Shown here: positions 63,500-64,000 of the stretch, piece after piece
Layout of the letters: every line of letters starts with the position of its first letter
Numbering within the stretch: the first letter of the stretch is position 1
Assembly: GCA_040954595.2 (NCBI GenBank)
Contig: CM082595.2
Location: 9,413,918 to 9,477,917 of the forward strand
DNA: 64,000 nucleotides
Origin: Balanoglossus misakiensis
Taxonomy: Eukaryota > Animalia > Hemichordata
Direction: 5' to 3'
Translations under genes and position numbers: made by a program
Notes under the pieces: model-generated
The model's database searches: none
What the model saw: the letters and a program-made list of their open reading frames with translations, nothing else
What the model was told of the DNA's origin: nothing

Positions 63500-64000
63500 A
63501 TTATGGATTGGTTTTCCACCTCGTCTCTGCTGTGACTTCGGTTCGCTTGAGCTGGTTTTGGAACGGCATACCGCCTGCCAGTGATTAGGTTTCCCACAAT
63601 TTCGGCATTTCGAGCCATATGCTGGGCAGTTACTTTTCACTGAGGTGTCATGCTTTTTTCCGAAATGCTTACATTGTTTGGGGTGTGTCTTGTTGGGCTG
63701 CCTTTTTACTGCGTTGACAGCTTTGCTATCCACAGGATTAGCAATATGGCAATTTGTGAGCGTTTTCATGTGTTTTGTTGTGGCTTCGTGACCTCTAGCT
63801 ATATCGAGCGCCTCCTTCAAGGTCAGTTTCTCATCACGCCCAATAAGTTTCTTCTGTATTTCTTGGTGACAGATCCCCCATATCAACTGATCTACGAGTC
63901 TTGCTTCCTGTTCTTTTGTATCCCCAAATTTGCATTTGGCGGCTTCATTTTTCAATTTCGAAAAGAAATCATCAACTGGTTCTCCAGGGTCTTGTCTCAT
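63452..64000 (-). CDS. gag: Gypsy Gag C-terminal part (5'-truncated by the window)
   Basis: RQDPGEPVDDFFSKLK (major-homology-like region) and paired zinc knuckles CKHFGKKH..C / CRNCGKPNHWQAVC. Confidence 0.92.
   Translation of the reverse strand: MRQDPGEPVDDFFSKLKNEAAKCKFGDTKEQEARLVDQLIWGICHQEIQKKLIGRDEKLTLKEALDIARGHEATTKHMKTLTNCHIANPVDSKAVNAVKRQPNKTHPKQCKHFGKKHDTSVKSNCPAYGSKCRNCGKPNHWQAVCRSKTSSSEPKSQQRRGGKPIHNVTRSSSNMHQKMMKS

Larger units (their letters stand above)
59866..64000 (-). mobile_element. Ty3/Gypsy LTR retrotransposon (Mag/K02A2.6-like), 5' part outside the window
   Basis: Gag-PR-RT-RH-IN order, followed by a PPT and a TG...CA LTR. Confidence 0.97.

Noticed and set aside
60467-63588. 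Plus-strand ORFs over the retrotransposon
   Set aside because: Antisense shadows of gag-pol.

Overview
This is animal (probably marine invertebrate) heterochromatin-border DNA, not prokaryotic. About two-thirds of the window (2839-45387) is a head-to-tail 78-bp AT-rich satellite with local higher-order repeats. The hundreds of short ORFs in the track over it are translation artefacts. The array is interrupted once by a 1.26-kb long-TIR element with a TA target duplication. Right of the array is a heavily rearranged cassette: 309-bp tandem repeats carrying CTCF-like motifs, a 3.7-kb and a 2.07-kb tandem duplication, and a large imperfect palindrome holding two head-to-head copies of a spliced gene. 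No copy of that gene is intact. Its exons, pooled across copies, join in phase 0 into a tandem OB-fold (RPA/SSB-like) protein that the ORF track misses. Next is a GC-rich decayed ORF with RS-rich, C2H2-like and probable TatD-like N-terminal motifs. It is cut by a young Ty3/Gypsy (Mag/K02A2.6-like) LTR retrotransposon whose 3' LTR, PPT, pol and part of gag are visible. Protein family calls come from motif recognition by eye, not database searches.
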